Source: Bacillus subtilis subsp. subtilis str. 168
Lineage (GTDB): Bacteria; Bacillota; Bacilli; Bacillales; Bacillaceae
Length of the DNA: 64,000 nucleotides
Direction of reading: 5' to 3'
NCBI RefSeq assembly: GCF_000009045.1
Contig: NC_000964.3
Coordinates: forward strand, 3,162,001-3,226,000
Position 1 is the first letter of the stretch; each line of letters begins with the position of its first letter. Below the pieces are notes generated by a model. That model had not been told where the DNA came from. It worked only from the letters and a program-made list of their open reading frames with translations, and searched no databases. Made by a program: the position numbers and the translations under genes. Below are positions 25,503 to 34,905 of this stretch, in pieces.

Positions 25503-26048
25503 ATGAAACGCAAATTATTATCTTCTTTGGCAATTAGTGCATTAAGTCTCGGGTTACTCGTTTCTGCACCTACAGCTTCTTTCGCGGCTGAATCTACATC
25601 AACTAAAGCTCATACTGAATCCACTATGAGAACACAGTCTACAGCTTCATTGTTCGCAACAATCACTGGCGCCAGCAAAACGGAATGGTCTTTCTCAGAT
25701 ATCGAATTGACTTACCGTCCAAACACGCTTCTCAGCCTTGGCGTTATGGAGTTTACATTGCCAAGCGGATTTACTGCAAACACGAAAGACACATTGAACG
25801 GAAATGCCTTGCGTACAACACAGATCCTCAATAACGGGAAAACAGTAAGAGTTCCTTTGGCACTTGATTTGTTAGGAGCTGGCGAATTCAAATTAAAACT
25901 GAATAACAAAACACTTCCTGCCGCTGGTACATATACTTTCCGTGCGGAGAATAAATCATTAAGCATCGGAAATAAATTTTACGCAGAAGCCAGCATTGAC
26001 GTGGCTAAGCGCAGCACTCCTCCGACTCAGCCTTGCGGTTGCAACTAA
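25503..26048 (+). CDS. bslA: Biofilm surface-layer hydrophobin BslA
   Basis: Signal peptide ending ASFA; LLSLG cap sequence; C-terminal CGC; protein recognised. Confidence 0.95.
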   Translation: MKRKLLSSLAISALSLGLLVSAPTASFAAESTSTKAHTESTMRTQSTASLFATITGASKTEWSFSDIELTYRPNTLLSLGVMEFTLPSGFTANTKDTLNGNALRTTQILNNGKTVRVPLALDLLGAGEFKLKLNNKTLPAAGTYTFRAENKSLSIGNKFYAEASIDVAKRSTPPTQPCGCN

Positions 26049-26051
26049 TGT

Positions 26052-26079
26052 AAAAGACCGGTTAACGCCGGTCTTTTTT
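26052..26079 (+). terminator. bslA terminator
   Basis: AAAAGACCGG-n6-CCGGTC-T6. Confidence 0.85.
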
Positions 26080-26140
26080 GCGTTTTACCCTCCCCTTTTT
26101 CTCTAATCCCCGTTATCTTTTTTCTGGTTTAAAATTTAAA

Positions 26141-26169
26141 TTGACAAACACTAGAAACAGGAGTAAATT
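26141..26169 (+). promoter_or_regulatory. sigmaA promoter of ktrAB
   Basis: TTGACA-17-TAAATT. Confidence 0.75.
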
Positions 26170-26194
26170 CTTGAGTGTTCAATTTCATACAGTC

Positions 26195-26337
26195 TCTTTT
26201 ACCGCTTAATCAAACACGAACGGGGGAACCAACGATTGGCTGTTTTATTAACAGCCTTGGGGTGAATCTTACTAAGTAAGAGGGGGTACTCTGAATCCCT
26301 AATCCGACAGCTAACCTCGTAGGCGTATACAGAGAGG
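26195..26337 (+). ncRNA. c-di-AMP (ydaO/yuaA) riboswitch
   Basis: CGCTTAATC...GGGGGAACC...GGGGTGAATC...CCGACAGCTAACCTCGTAGGCG, upstream of K+ uptake genes. Confidence 0.88.
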
Positions 26338-26350
26338 AGGTCTATTATCG

Positions 26351-26375
26351 GCCATTCTTTGCAATGGTCTTTTTT
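26351..26375 (+). terminator. ktrA leader terminator
   Basis: GGCCATT-ctttgc-AATGGTC-T6. Confidence 0.6.
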
Positions 26376-26413
26376 GTTTCAAAAACGTTAATTCACTAAG
26401 GGAGATATGAACA

Positions 26414-27082
26414 TTGGGAAGAATTAAAAATAAGCAATTTGCCGTGATCGGGCTGGGCCGGTTTGGCGGCAGCATTTGTAAAGAACTTCATAGAATGGGG
26501 CATGAGGTCCTTGCGGTTGATATCAACGAAGAAAAGGTCAATGCATATGCTTCTTACGCCACTCATGCGGTAATTGCCAACGCCACCGAAGAAAACGAAT
26601 TGCTTTCATTAGGAATACGCAATTTTGAATATGTGATTGTTGCCATCGGAGCAAATATTCAAGCGAGTACGCTGACCACCCTATTATTAAAGGAGCTTGA
26701 TATTCCAAATATTTGGGTGAAGGCTCAAAACTATTATCATCACAAGGTGCTTGAAAAAATAGGCGCTGACCGCATTATTCATCCTGAAAAAGATATGGGG
26801 GTTAAAATCGCACAAAGCCTTTCAGACGAAAATGTTTTGAATTACATTGATCTATCTGATGAATACAGTATTGTCGAGCTGCTGGCTACGCGCAAGCTTG
26901 ATTCAAAATCGATTATTGACCTGAATGTAAGAGCAAAGTACGGCTGCACGATCCTGGCCATTAAACATCATGGAGATATCTGTCTTTCCCCCGCGCCTGA
27001 AGACATCATTCGCGAGCAAGATTGCCTGGTGATCATGGGCCACAAAAAGGATATTAAACGTTTTGAAAACGAAGGGATGTAG
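26414..27082 (+). CDS. ktrA: K+ uptake RCK regulatory subunit KtrA
   Basis: GLGRFGG Rossmann motif; RCK_N and RCK_C; TTG start. Confidence 0.95.
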   Translation: MGRIKNKQFAVIGLGRFGGSICKELHRMGHEVLAVDINEEKVNAYASYATHAVIANATEENELLSLGIRNFEYVIVAIGANIQASTLTTLLLKELDIPNIWVKAQNYYHHKVLEKIGADRIIHPEKDMGVKIAQSLSDENVLNYIDLSDEYSIVELLATRKLDSKSIIDLNVRAKYGCTILAIKHHGDICLSPAPEDIIREQDCLVIMGHKKDIKRFENEGM

Positions 27083-27088
27083 ACAAAG

Positions 27089-28426
27089 GTGACACTTCAA
27101 AAGGATAAAGTGATCAAATGGGTTCGGTTTACACCGCCTCAAGTGCTTGCCATTGGTTTTTTCCTTACCATTATCATCGGGGCTGTCCTATTAATGCTTC
27201 CGATTTCCACTACGAAGCCATTGTCATGGATAGATGCCCTTTTTACTGCGGCTTCCGCTACAACTGTTACAGGGCTTGCTGTTGTCGATACCGGCACTCA
27301 ATTTACGGTATTCGGGCAAACAGTAATTATGGGGCTGATTCAGATTGGCGGGCTTGGATTTATGACATTTGCGGTCTTGATCGTCATGATATTAGGAAAA
27401 AAAATCGGCTTAAAAGAACGAATGCTCGTCCAGGAAGCCTTAAACCAGCCGACAATCGGCGGTGTCATTGGCCTTGTCAAAGTCCTGTTTCTGTTTTCGA
27501 TCAGTATTGAATTGATAGCAGCACTCATTTTATCCATCCGGCTTGTACCTCAATACGGCTGGTCATCCGGCTTGTTTGCAAGTTTGTTTCACGCAATATC
27601 TGCTTTTAACAATGCCGGGTTTTCGTTGTGGCCTGATAATTTGATGAGCTACGTTGGCGATCCTACAGTGAACCTCGTGATTACTTTCTTATTTATTACA
27701 GGAGGGATCGGATTTACGGTTCTGTTTGATGTGATGAAAAATCGGCGTTTTAAAACTTTTTCTTTACATACAAAGCTCATGCTTACAGGAACGCTGATGT
27801 TGAATGCGATCGCTATGCTTACGGTCTTTATTTTAGAATACAGCAACCCCGGCACGCTCGGCCACCTGCATATAGTGGATAAACTGTGGGCCTCCTATTT
27901 TCAGGCAGTGACGCCGAGAACCGCAGGGTTCAATTCTCTAGATTTTGGAAGCATGAGAGAAGGAACAATTGTATTTACTTTATTATTGATGTTTATCGGA
28001 GCAGGAAGCGCATCAACGGCGAGCGGCATTAAGCTGACTACGTTCATCGTGATTTTAACATCTGTTATTGCTTACTTGAGAGGTAAAAAAGAAACGGTTA
28101 TTTTCCGCCGTTCCATCAAATATCCGATTATCATTAAAGCTTTAGCTGTGAGCGTCACCAGTTTGTTCATCGTGTTTTTAGGGATTTTCGCCCTGACGAT
28201 CACAGAACAAGCGCCATTTCTTCAAATTGTGTTTGAAACCTTTTCCGCATTCGGAACTGTCGGCCTTACGATGGGGCTTACTCCTGAACTGACAACAGCT
28301 GGCAAGTGTATCATCATTGTCATCATGTTTATCGGAAGAATTGGTCCTTTAACGTTCGTGTTTTCATTCGCAAAAACAGAGCAATCAAATATCCGTTATC
28401 CTGATGGCGAAGTGTTTACAGGGTGA
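27089..28426 (+). CDS. ktrB: K+ uptake membrane subunit KtrB
   Basis: Four pore Gly motifs (TVTGL, NNAGF, RTAGF, GTVGL); GTG start. Confidence 0.95.
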   Translation: MTLQKDKVIKWVRFTPPQVLAIGFFLTIIIGAVLLMLPISTTKPLSWIDALFTAASATTVTGLAVVDTGTQFTVFGQTVIMGLIQIGGLGFMTFAVLIVMILGKKIGLKERMLVQEALNQPTIGGVIGLVKVLFLFSISIELIAALILSIRLVPQYGWSSGLFASLFHAISAFNNAGFSLWPDNLMSYVGDPTVNLVITFLFITGGIGFTVLFDVMKNRRFKTFSLHTKLMLTGTLMLNAIAMLTVFILEYSNPGTLGHLHIVDKLWASYFQAVTPRTAGFNSLDFGSMREGTIVFTLLLMFIGAGSASTASGIKLTTFIVILTSVIAYLRGKKETVIFRRSIKYPIIIKALAVSVTSLFIVFLGIFALTITEQAPFLQIVFETFSAFGTVGLTMGLTPELTTAGKCIIIVIMFIGRIGPLTFVFSFAKTEQSNIRYPDGEVFTG

Positions 28427-28430
28427 TATC

Positions 28431-28463
28431 AAAAAAATCCGGCGTGCAGTCGCCGGATTTTTT
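28431..28463. terminator. Bidirectional terminator ktrB/yubF
   Basis: A7-TCCGGCG-n5-CGCCGGA-T6. Confidence 0.85.
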
Positions 28464-28725
28464 ATGATTCGATATGAGATTGATTTTGTCTTTTTTCCTG
28501 TTCCGCGATGATTTCGTTATCCTCCGCGTTATCACGGGTCACTTTTTGCGTAAGAATCGCACCAACTGCTACAAGTATCATAACAGCGATGTAATAACCT
28601 TTTTCATTGAGTTCCAGATTATCAGCATTATAGAGTCCGATACTAAACAAAAATACTCCCGCAAAAAAAGTAAAATAAGCTAGTACTGTAAAGGCAACCG
28701 TGTTTCTGCGTCTATATTTCTGCAC
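28462..28725 (-). CDS. yubF: Small two-TM YiaA/B-like membrane protein
   Basis: 87 aa; NEKGYY and K.TRD motifs; SD GGGAGG. Confidence 0.8.
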   Translation of the reverse strand: MQKYRRRNTVAFTVLAYFTFFAGVFLFSIGLYNADNLELNEKGYYIAVMILVAVGAILTQKVTRDNAEDNEIIAEQEKRQNQSHIES

Positions 28726-28833
28726 CTTTGTTCCCTCCCGAAAGCATAGTTAAAAAGTGATAACTTCCGTGGAATATTATACCTCAAATTCCCCGGAATG
28801 GAACAAAGAATTAAAAATACCAGTAAAAAGGGC

Positions 28834-29682
28834 TTAGGTTGCCTCCTTTATTTCAACAGCTGAATCATCAATCCAGCCGATAAGTTTATCATTGATTTGG
28901 AATTGGTACCATACAGACTGGCCTTTCTGTTTTTTAGACACAACCTTTATGTCTTTGCCGACGTAAGATTGGGCAGAGGTAAGCCTTATGGACCGATCAT
29001 CAGTAGAAGGCTTGGACCATACGTCTTGAACGGCACTGTCTTTAATAGAGGCGTTTAAATCCACAGATTTGAGGGATGGATTTACCTCATCGTACTCATC
29101 TAAATCGTATTTTTCCACAATAGCGCTGATTTTGTCAGCGTAGTCAGGGTCTGTAGCATATCCTGATGTTTGCAGGGCGGTTGCCGCTTCCTTATAATTC
29201 CCTGCCTCAAGCACCGGTTTATACTTCTTTTTATTCCACGATGTGCCACGGACGAACAATTGGGCGTGATCATCCATAGATTCAAAAAACGTGCTGTATT
29301 TTCGAAACTTCGCGCGAATGGTTTTTCTTTTCCCTTTTTCAACTTCGTCCGTTTCCATCGTGACATGATGGCCTTTATAATTCCCTTTTACGCCAAAAAG
29401 GTTGTTGGCCTTAGCAGCCAGTTCACTGTTCCCCCAGTCCGATTCGAGAATGGCCTGAGCAATTGTGATGCTGGGGAGAACATGGTATTTTTCATACAAA
29501 ATTTGGGCATGTCCGGACAGACTGTCTATAAATACTTGCTGTTCATCGATTTCTTCAGTTTCTTTGGATATTTCAATCGGTTTTGATAAAGTTGTCGCTA
29601 AAACAAACAGAGCTAGCGGAATCGATACAAGGAAAAATAGTGAAATCAAGAGTTTACGTTTTTTAAGTTTTTTACGGGCCAT
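28834..29682 (-). CDS. lytG: GH73 N-acetylglucosaminidase LytG
   Basis: AQAILES.WG, NNLFGVKG, GYATDPDY; C-terminal GW repeat; start MARKK. Confidence 0.93.
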   Translation of the reverse strand: MARKKLKKRKLLISLFFLVSIPLALFVLATTLSKPIEISKETEEIDEQQVFIDSLSGHAQILYEKYHVLPSITIAQAILESDWGNSELAAKANNLFGVKGNYKGHHVTMETDEVEKGKRKTIRAKFRKYSTFFESMDDHAQLFVRGTSWNKKKYKPVLEAGNYKEAATALQTSGYATDPDYADKISAIVEKYDLDEYDEVNPSLKSVDLNASIKDSAVQDVWSKPSTDDRSIRLTSAQSYVGKDIKVVSKKQKGQSVWYQFQINDKLIGWIDDSAVEIKEAT

Positions 29683-29842
29683 GAAAACCTTCCTTCGAAT
29701 TAAAAGATTACGAATGTAAAAGAATCTACCTTTTAGAATTTTACTTGCACTTCTAATATTTTTCAATTCTTTAGGGATAAAGTTGGGAAAAGATTGCAAA
29801 ATAAAAACCTTTTCGCTCAATGAAAAGGTTTTTACCATGTTT

Positions 29843-31378
29843 CTATTTTTGTAAATTTCTGAGTGCATTCCGATATTCCGTATCATTTATTACTTTATAT
29901 GATTTGACAGTTGCCTTCGACAAACCTTGTGCTGAGACGGCCGGTTTTTCCGGAGCTGTTTTCGCTTTATCATGTGGTTTATGTGCCAGCTTGTGCCCCA
30001 TTCCAGTGGCATTCATACAAAATGACAGGCAGACGAGCAGCACGCTAAGGATAAAAGAAATGAAGAAGAGATCATGATAAGCAGTCATCATAGAATCCTG
30101 TACCGAACCGCTTTGTCTGGCAGCATCTTTTTTCGTGAAAAAGCCGATGAGAATGGGAACTCCCATATAGACAAACAATCTTAAAAACTGAACAGCTGTC
30201 ATTCTCTTGACCAAATCAGGCAGCGGGCCTCCCATGGCAGCTCCCATCAGCCCTGCGGCGACTGTCAGGCCTGTTCCCGCTGCAAGCATGATAAACAGTG
30301 CCGCGAACATATAAAGAGATGATCGATCCTGTATATGCAGCCATTGAAAATTCACAAAAACGAGAATGAGTCCGCCGATAATACCGAGCATCCCTGGTCC
30401 GACTTTATCGTATAACAGAGCGCTCAAAATGGCCGCGATCGCCACTCCGATTAAAAGAGTCAAGCTTAAAAGAATGAGATGCTCCTGAGAAATATCATAC
30501 ATTTGACGGAGCAAGCCTTGAAAAGCAGAAAGGCTGACAGCTACCGTTATCGTCCCTGCAGCTATGATCAATAAGCCGAGCACCGGTTTTGGCAGCAGCA
30601 TCAGTTTAATAGATATGAAGGGGTTTTTCACTTTATATTCCACAATCAATAGACCAATGAGCAAACATAACGTCACCCCGAAACCAATCCATACATAACC
30701 CGATGACAGCCCCCATTTTTGCAGAAAAATGAATGAAACCGCTGAGGCTGCGGCAAGGAAGACAGATAAAAGAATTCCCGCACGATCAAGCGGCTGTTCT
30801 TGATCCGCCGCTCCGTGATGCTCATCATGAAGAAAGAAATAGCTCACCGCGACACCGATCAGGGACAAGGTGCCAAAGATGAAAAACAGCCATCTCCAAT
30901 GCCCGCAGCTTGTTGCAATGGTTCCCAGGATTGTACCGATGATAACAGAACCATAGAATCCCCCGATCAGCACAAGCAGTGCATAGTTCCTGCGTTCAAT
31001 CGGGAATGACAGTACAAGCATTGGAATCATAATCATCAGCATGACGCCTGTTGCCGCCCCTTGTAAAAAGCGCCCTGCCGCCATCAATGCAATATCGCCT
31101 GAACATGCGATGAGCAGTGAGCCTAGTATAAAGACAGGTAATGAAGCCAGATAGACGGGACGAGCACCGAATTTTTTCCTCAGCAGCGGTCCTGCCGGAA
31201 CTAACAAGGCAAAGGCCATATTGCCGATCAATATCGGATTTACTGATGTAAAGACACTTGTTCCAACCGTTTTCTGAACAAGGCCTTGAACTGACGACAA
31301 TGCCGTGTTAGACATCAATCCCGGCCCGACCGCTAAGACGGCGAGCAAAGAAATCACCCAATAGTGTTTTGTCTTCAT
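29843..31378 (-). CDS. yubD: MFS (DHA2-like) transporter
   Basis: About 14 hydrophobic segments; GRFLQG motif B; WRWLF; SD GGAAGGG before ATG 31378 (frame also open from 31420). Confidence 0.85.
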   Translation of the reverse strand: MKTKHYWVISLLAVLAVGPGLMSNTALSSVQGLVQKTVGTSVFTSVNPILIGNMAFALLVPAGPLLRKKFGARPVYLASLPVFILGSLLIACSGDIALMAAGRFLQGAATGVMLMIMIPMLVLSFPIERRNYALLVLIGGFYGSVIIGTILGTIATSCGHWRWLFFIFGTLSLIGVAVSYFFLHDEHHGAADQEQPLDRAGILLSVFLAAASAVSFIFLQKWGLSSGYVWIGFGVTLCLLIGLLIVEYKVKNPFISIKLMLLPKPVLGLLIIAAGTITVAVSLSAFQGLLRQMYDISQEHLILLSLTLLIGVAIAAILSALLYDKVGPGMLGIIGGLILVFVNFQWLHIQDRSSLYMFAALFIMLAAGTGLTVAAGLMGAAMGGPLPDLVKRMTAVQFLRLFVYMGVPILIGFFTKKDAARQSGSVQDSMMTAYHDLFFISFILSVLLVCLSFCMNATGMGHKLAHKPHDKAKTAPEKPAVSAQGLSKATVKSYKVINDTEYRNALRNLQK

Positions 31379-31416
31379 GTTGTCATCCCTTCCTATATGA
31401 ATACATGCGAAACACA

Positions 31417-31470
31417 TCATTTTTTGAAAACAAAAGAAGCTAATAGATTTTGCATACCATTAGCTTTCAT
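31417..31470 (-). CDS. Putative 17-aa leader peptide MKANGMQNLLASFVFKK
   Basis: SD AAAGGGAG 9 nt before ATG 31470; the TGA overlaps ATG 31420 of the yubD frame; translated by eye. Confidence 0.4.
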   Translation of the reverse strand: MKANGMQNLLASFVFKK

Positions 31471-31847
31471 TCTAATATTCTCCCTTTCAGGGGAAATGAT
31501 ATTATTTTATTATAATTATGTGAATGAATGAGCATATAATCAAATATTATTTCAAATCGATTGTGTTTTGTCAATGGAGTAAATTTCAAGCACAACATAG
31601 AAAGCTTGAAAGCTTTTCCCCGATATTGTGTCTAGAACTGCACTTATGAATCCCTGCTCGTTCCCTCAAGCGAATTAAAGCAGGCCGTTTTAATCCTTTC
31701 AATCCACTATTCCAACTAATAAACTCAAATAAGTTGGTGATAAGACAACATTTTACCCCCACATTTTTTTGTGTTCACTGGGCGTTTGCCGCCTCTAAAT
31801 TGTATATGGGTAAATACCATGAATTAACCTATGAAATACCAATGTAA

Positions 31848-32348
<501 letters not shown>

Positions 32349-32420
32349 TTGACAGATAAACTGCTCACTTTGACTTCACTCAACTGGAGGATTCAGAGAA
32401 TGAAACCTTTTCCTCAAAAC

Positions 32421-32447
32421 AAAAAAACCCTTATCGAATAAGGGTTT
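32421..32447. terminator. Terminator downstream of tRNA-Ala and cdoA
   Basis: A7-CCCTTAT-cga-ATAAGGG-TTT. Confidence 0.8.
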
Positions 32448-32454
32448 AAAGGTA

Positions 32455-32527
32455 TGGAGCCAAGGGGGCTCGAACCCCTGACCTCTACGCTGCCAGCGTA
32501 GCGCTCTCCCAGCTGAGCTATGGCCCC
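32455..32527 (-). tRNA. Stand-alone tRNA-Ala(GGC), CCA not encoded
   Basis: GGGGCCATAGCTCAG...CTACG-CTGGCAG-CGTAG...GGCTCCA; G3:U70. Confidence 0.95.
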
Positions 32528-32597
32528 GTATGTAACGTCATGTTTATTATAGATGATTTTATTTTGAAAAACAAGCTGTTTCCTCTTGAATTGACAG

Positions 32598-32630
32598 AAA
32601 AAATAAGGCTCGGAAAAGAGCCTTATTTTT
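32598..32630 (-). terminator. uppP terminator
   Basis: AAAAATAAGGCTC-ggaaaa-GAGCCTTATTTTT. Confidence 0.85.
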
Positions 32631-32634
32631 CGAC

Positions 32635-33465
32635 TTACATCATGATCAAAAGTAAAATCACACCGAGAATAATTCGATAGATTGCAAATGGGACAAGTTT
32701 GATTTTGTTAATCAGCCTTAAGAAGAAACGGACGACAAACAGTGCGACCACAAAGGCACAGATAAAGCCGACGATGAAAAACGGCATCAGATCCGAACTT
32801 AAGCTGTCCCAATGCTTCACGAGGCTTAGAAAGCTGGCTCCCATCATGATCGGCATCGCCATAATAAACGTAAAGTCGGCTGCAGCTCGGTGGTTTAATC
32901 CGAGAATAACACCGCCGGAAATGGTTGAACCCGAACGCGAGAAACCAGGCCAAAGGGAAAGACATTGGAATAAGCCGACGGCTATCGCCTGTTTATAGGA
33001 AATGCGGTCGAGTGTGTCTGTCGCTGTTTTCCGTTTATTGACCCAGTCAGCAAAAAGCATGAGGATTGCCCCGGCAATTAAACCGATGGCCACAGTTTTA
33101 ACGGAAAATAAATATTCATCAATGTAATCTTCAAACAAAAAGCCGAGAACAGCTGCAGGCACGAGTCCGACGGCAATTTGGGCAATGCTTAATTTATGTC
33201 CCTGCTCCTGGTCGCTTGTAATATTTTTTTTCAAGCCCAGTAAATTTAAAATTCGGTCTTTAAACACGATAGCTACTGCTAAAATGGAGCCTAGCTGAAT
33301 AACCACCTTGAATGAGTTAGCAGCTTCTTCTGACATCAGATTACTTGATTTTAGCCAGATGTCGTCTACTATGATCATATGTCCTGTCGAAGAAACCGGC
33401 GCGTACTCTGTTAATCCTTCTACGATTCCTAAAATGGCGGCTACAAACAATTCCCATAGAGTCAT
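32635..33465 (-). CDS. uppP: Undecaprenyl-diphosphatase (BacA family)
   Basis: GIVEGLTEYAPVSSTGH and PGFSRSGSTI; start MTLWE. Confidence 0.95.
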   Translation of the reverse strand: MTLWELFVAAILGIVEGLTEYAPVSSTGHMIIVDDIWLKSSNLMSEEAANSFKVVIQLGSILAVAIVFKDRILNLLGLKKNITSDQEQGHKLSIAQIAVGLVPAAVLGFLFEDYIDEYLFSVKTVAIGLIAGAILMLFADWVNKRKTATDTLDRISYKQAIAVGLFQCLSLWPGFSRSGSTISGGVILGLNHRAAADFTFIMAMPIMMGASFLSLVKHWDSLSSDLMPFFIVGFICAFVVALFVVRFFLRLINKIKLVPFAIYRIILGVILLLIMM

Positions 33466-33557
33466 GATTTTGATTCTCCCCATTAGACATTTATTTTTTT
33501 ACATAACGGGAGCTTCCCATAAATGGAAAGCCCGTCTTATATAACTATAAACGAAAA

Positions 33558-34724
33558 TCACACTTTATGCCCCGGCGTATTTTCATTTTTTTCTTCATCG
33601 TATAAATGTGACTGCATTTTAAACCAGTCAAATAAATGTGTCGTAATGACTTTGGCAACCGCATAGCCGGGAATCGCAAGAATGATTCCAACAACGCCAA
33701 ACAGCTTGCCGGCTGTTAACAGCAGAAAAATAATCGTAATCGGATGGATGTGAAGGTTTTTTCCCATAATTTGCGGAGAGATCAGCTTCCCTTCAATCAG
33801 CTGAACAATCGTCCAAACGATCACCAGCTTAAGCAGCATGAGCGGCGATGTCACTATGGCAATGATAATCGCAGGCGTAATGGCAATCGTTGGCCCTAAA
33901 TATGGAACGATGCTTGTGCAAGCCGCAATGACTGCAAGCAATGAAGCATAATCCAGCCCGATAATCAAATAACCGATAAACAGCAAAAACCCGATACAGA
34001 AGCTGACAATGATCTGGCCTCTGATATAAGAGCTTAACCGATGATTCATTTCGCTTAAGACTGTATATGTCTGTTCTTTCAATCGAGTCGGCACAAACTT
34101 CAGTATGTAGACCGGTAATTTTCTTCCGTCTTTTAGCAAATAAAATAGAATAAACGGAACCGTGACGATCGAAATGATAATCTCAGTCAGTGCGCCGATA
34201 AAATTCCCAACACCGGTAAAGGTGCTGTTCACGATCGTCGCTGCCTGATCCGAAACCTTTGTAGCAAGATCAGATATATTAATGTTCATCGTTTGCTGGG
34301 CCTGATTGACGAAGTTGCTGCCAATCAGCTGTTTCGTCTGATTTTCTACGACGTCCACATATCTCGGGATATTGTCAATCAAACTCATAATTTGTTCTTT
34401 TAAGAAGGGAATGATCGACACGATCGTGATCGTGATCAGCCCGATAACCAATAGGTATAGCAGCAATATAGAATAGATTCTTCTTATTCTTCTTCTCTCC
34501 AGAAAATCGACGACTGGGTTTAACAGATAAAAAACAATGCCTGTCAAAATAATCGGAAGTGATATCGTTTTGAGCAGAACAATAATCGGGGTGAAAATAA
34601 ATGATGTTTTTGTAAATACTAGAATATTTAAACCAATCAGCAGCAGCACAAGCAAAAATAAAACAAACTTATTATCCAAGAAGAATCGCTTGAATCTGCC
34701 GCTCCATGTTTGCAACGTCTCCAC
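33558..34724 (-). CDS. yubA: AI-2E (UPF0118) family membrane protein
   Basis: [20 protein letters not shown]...HP motifs; GTG start after GGAGG. Confidence 0.88.
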
Positions 34725-34905
34725 TATCGTTCCTCCGTCATACATAGTTTAATTAAATTGTACACTATCGTCCCTATAATGAAAAATAAAAACCGTTAAT
34801 TGCTGGAAAAGCTTTCTCGGTTTTAACATTCTATTTATATCTATCATGTGATTTTGTTCTTTTTAAGCTATAATTTAGCTATATCATGCAAAAGGAGCGA
34901 TACGA

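Noticed and set aside
28834-29886. Long N-terminal extensions in the ORF track (lytG 350 aa, also gbsA, gbsB, yuaF, yugK, yugM)
   Set aside because: A downstream start with a clear SD gives the family-typical N-terminus; the extensions run through promoter, terminator or upstream-gene sequence.
31646-31678. Cys-containing mini-ORF (MNPCSFPQAN) upstream of cysteine dioxygenase
   Set aside because: No SD, no associated terminator, and 185 nt from cdoA; most likely chance.
31784-31813. sigmaB-like GTTT...GGGTAA before cdoA
   Set aside because: The 20-nt spacer is too long for sigmaB.
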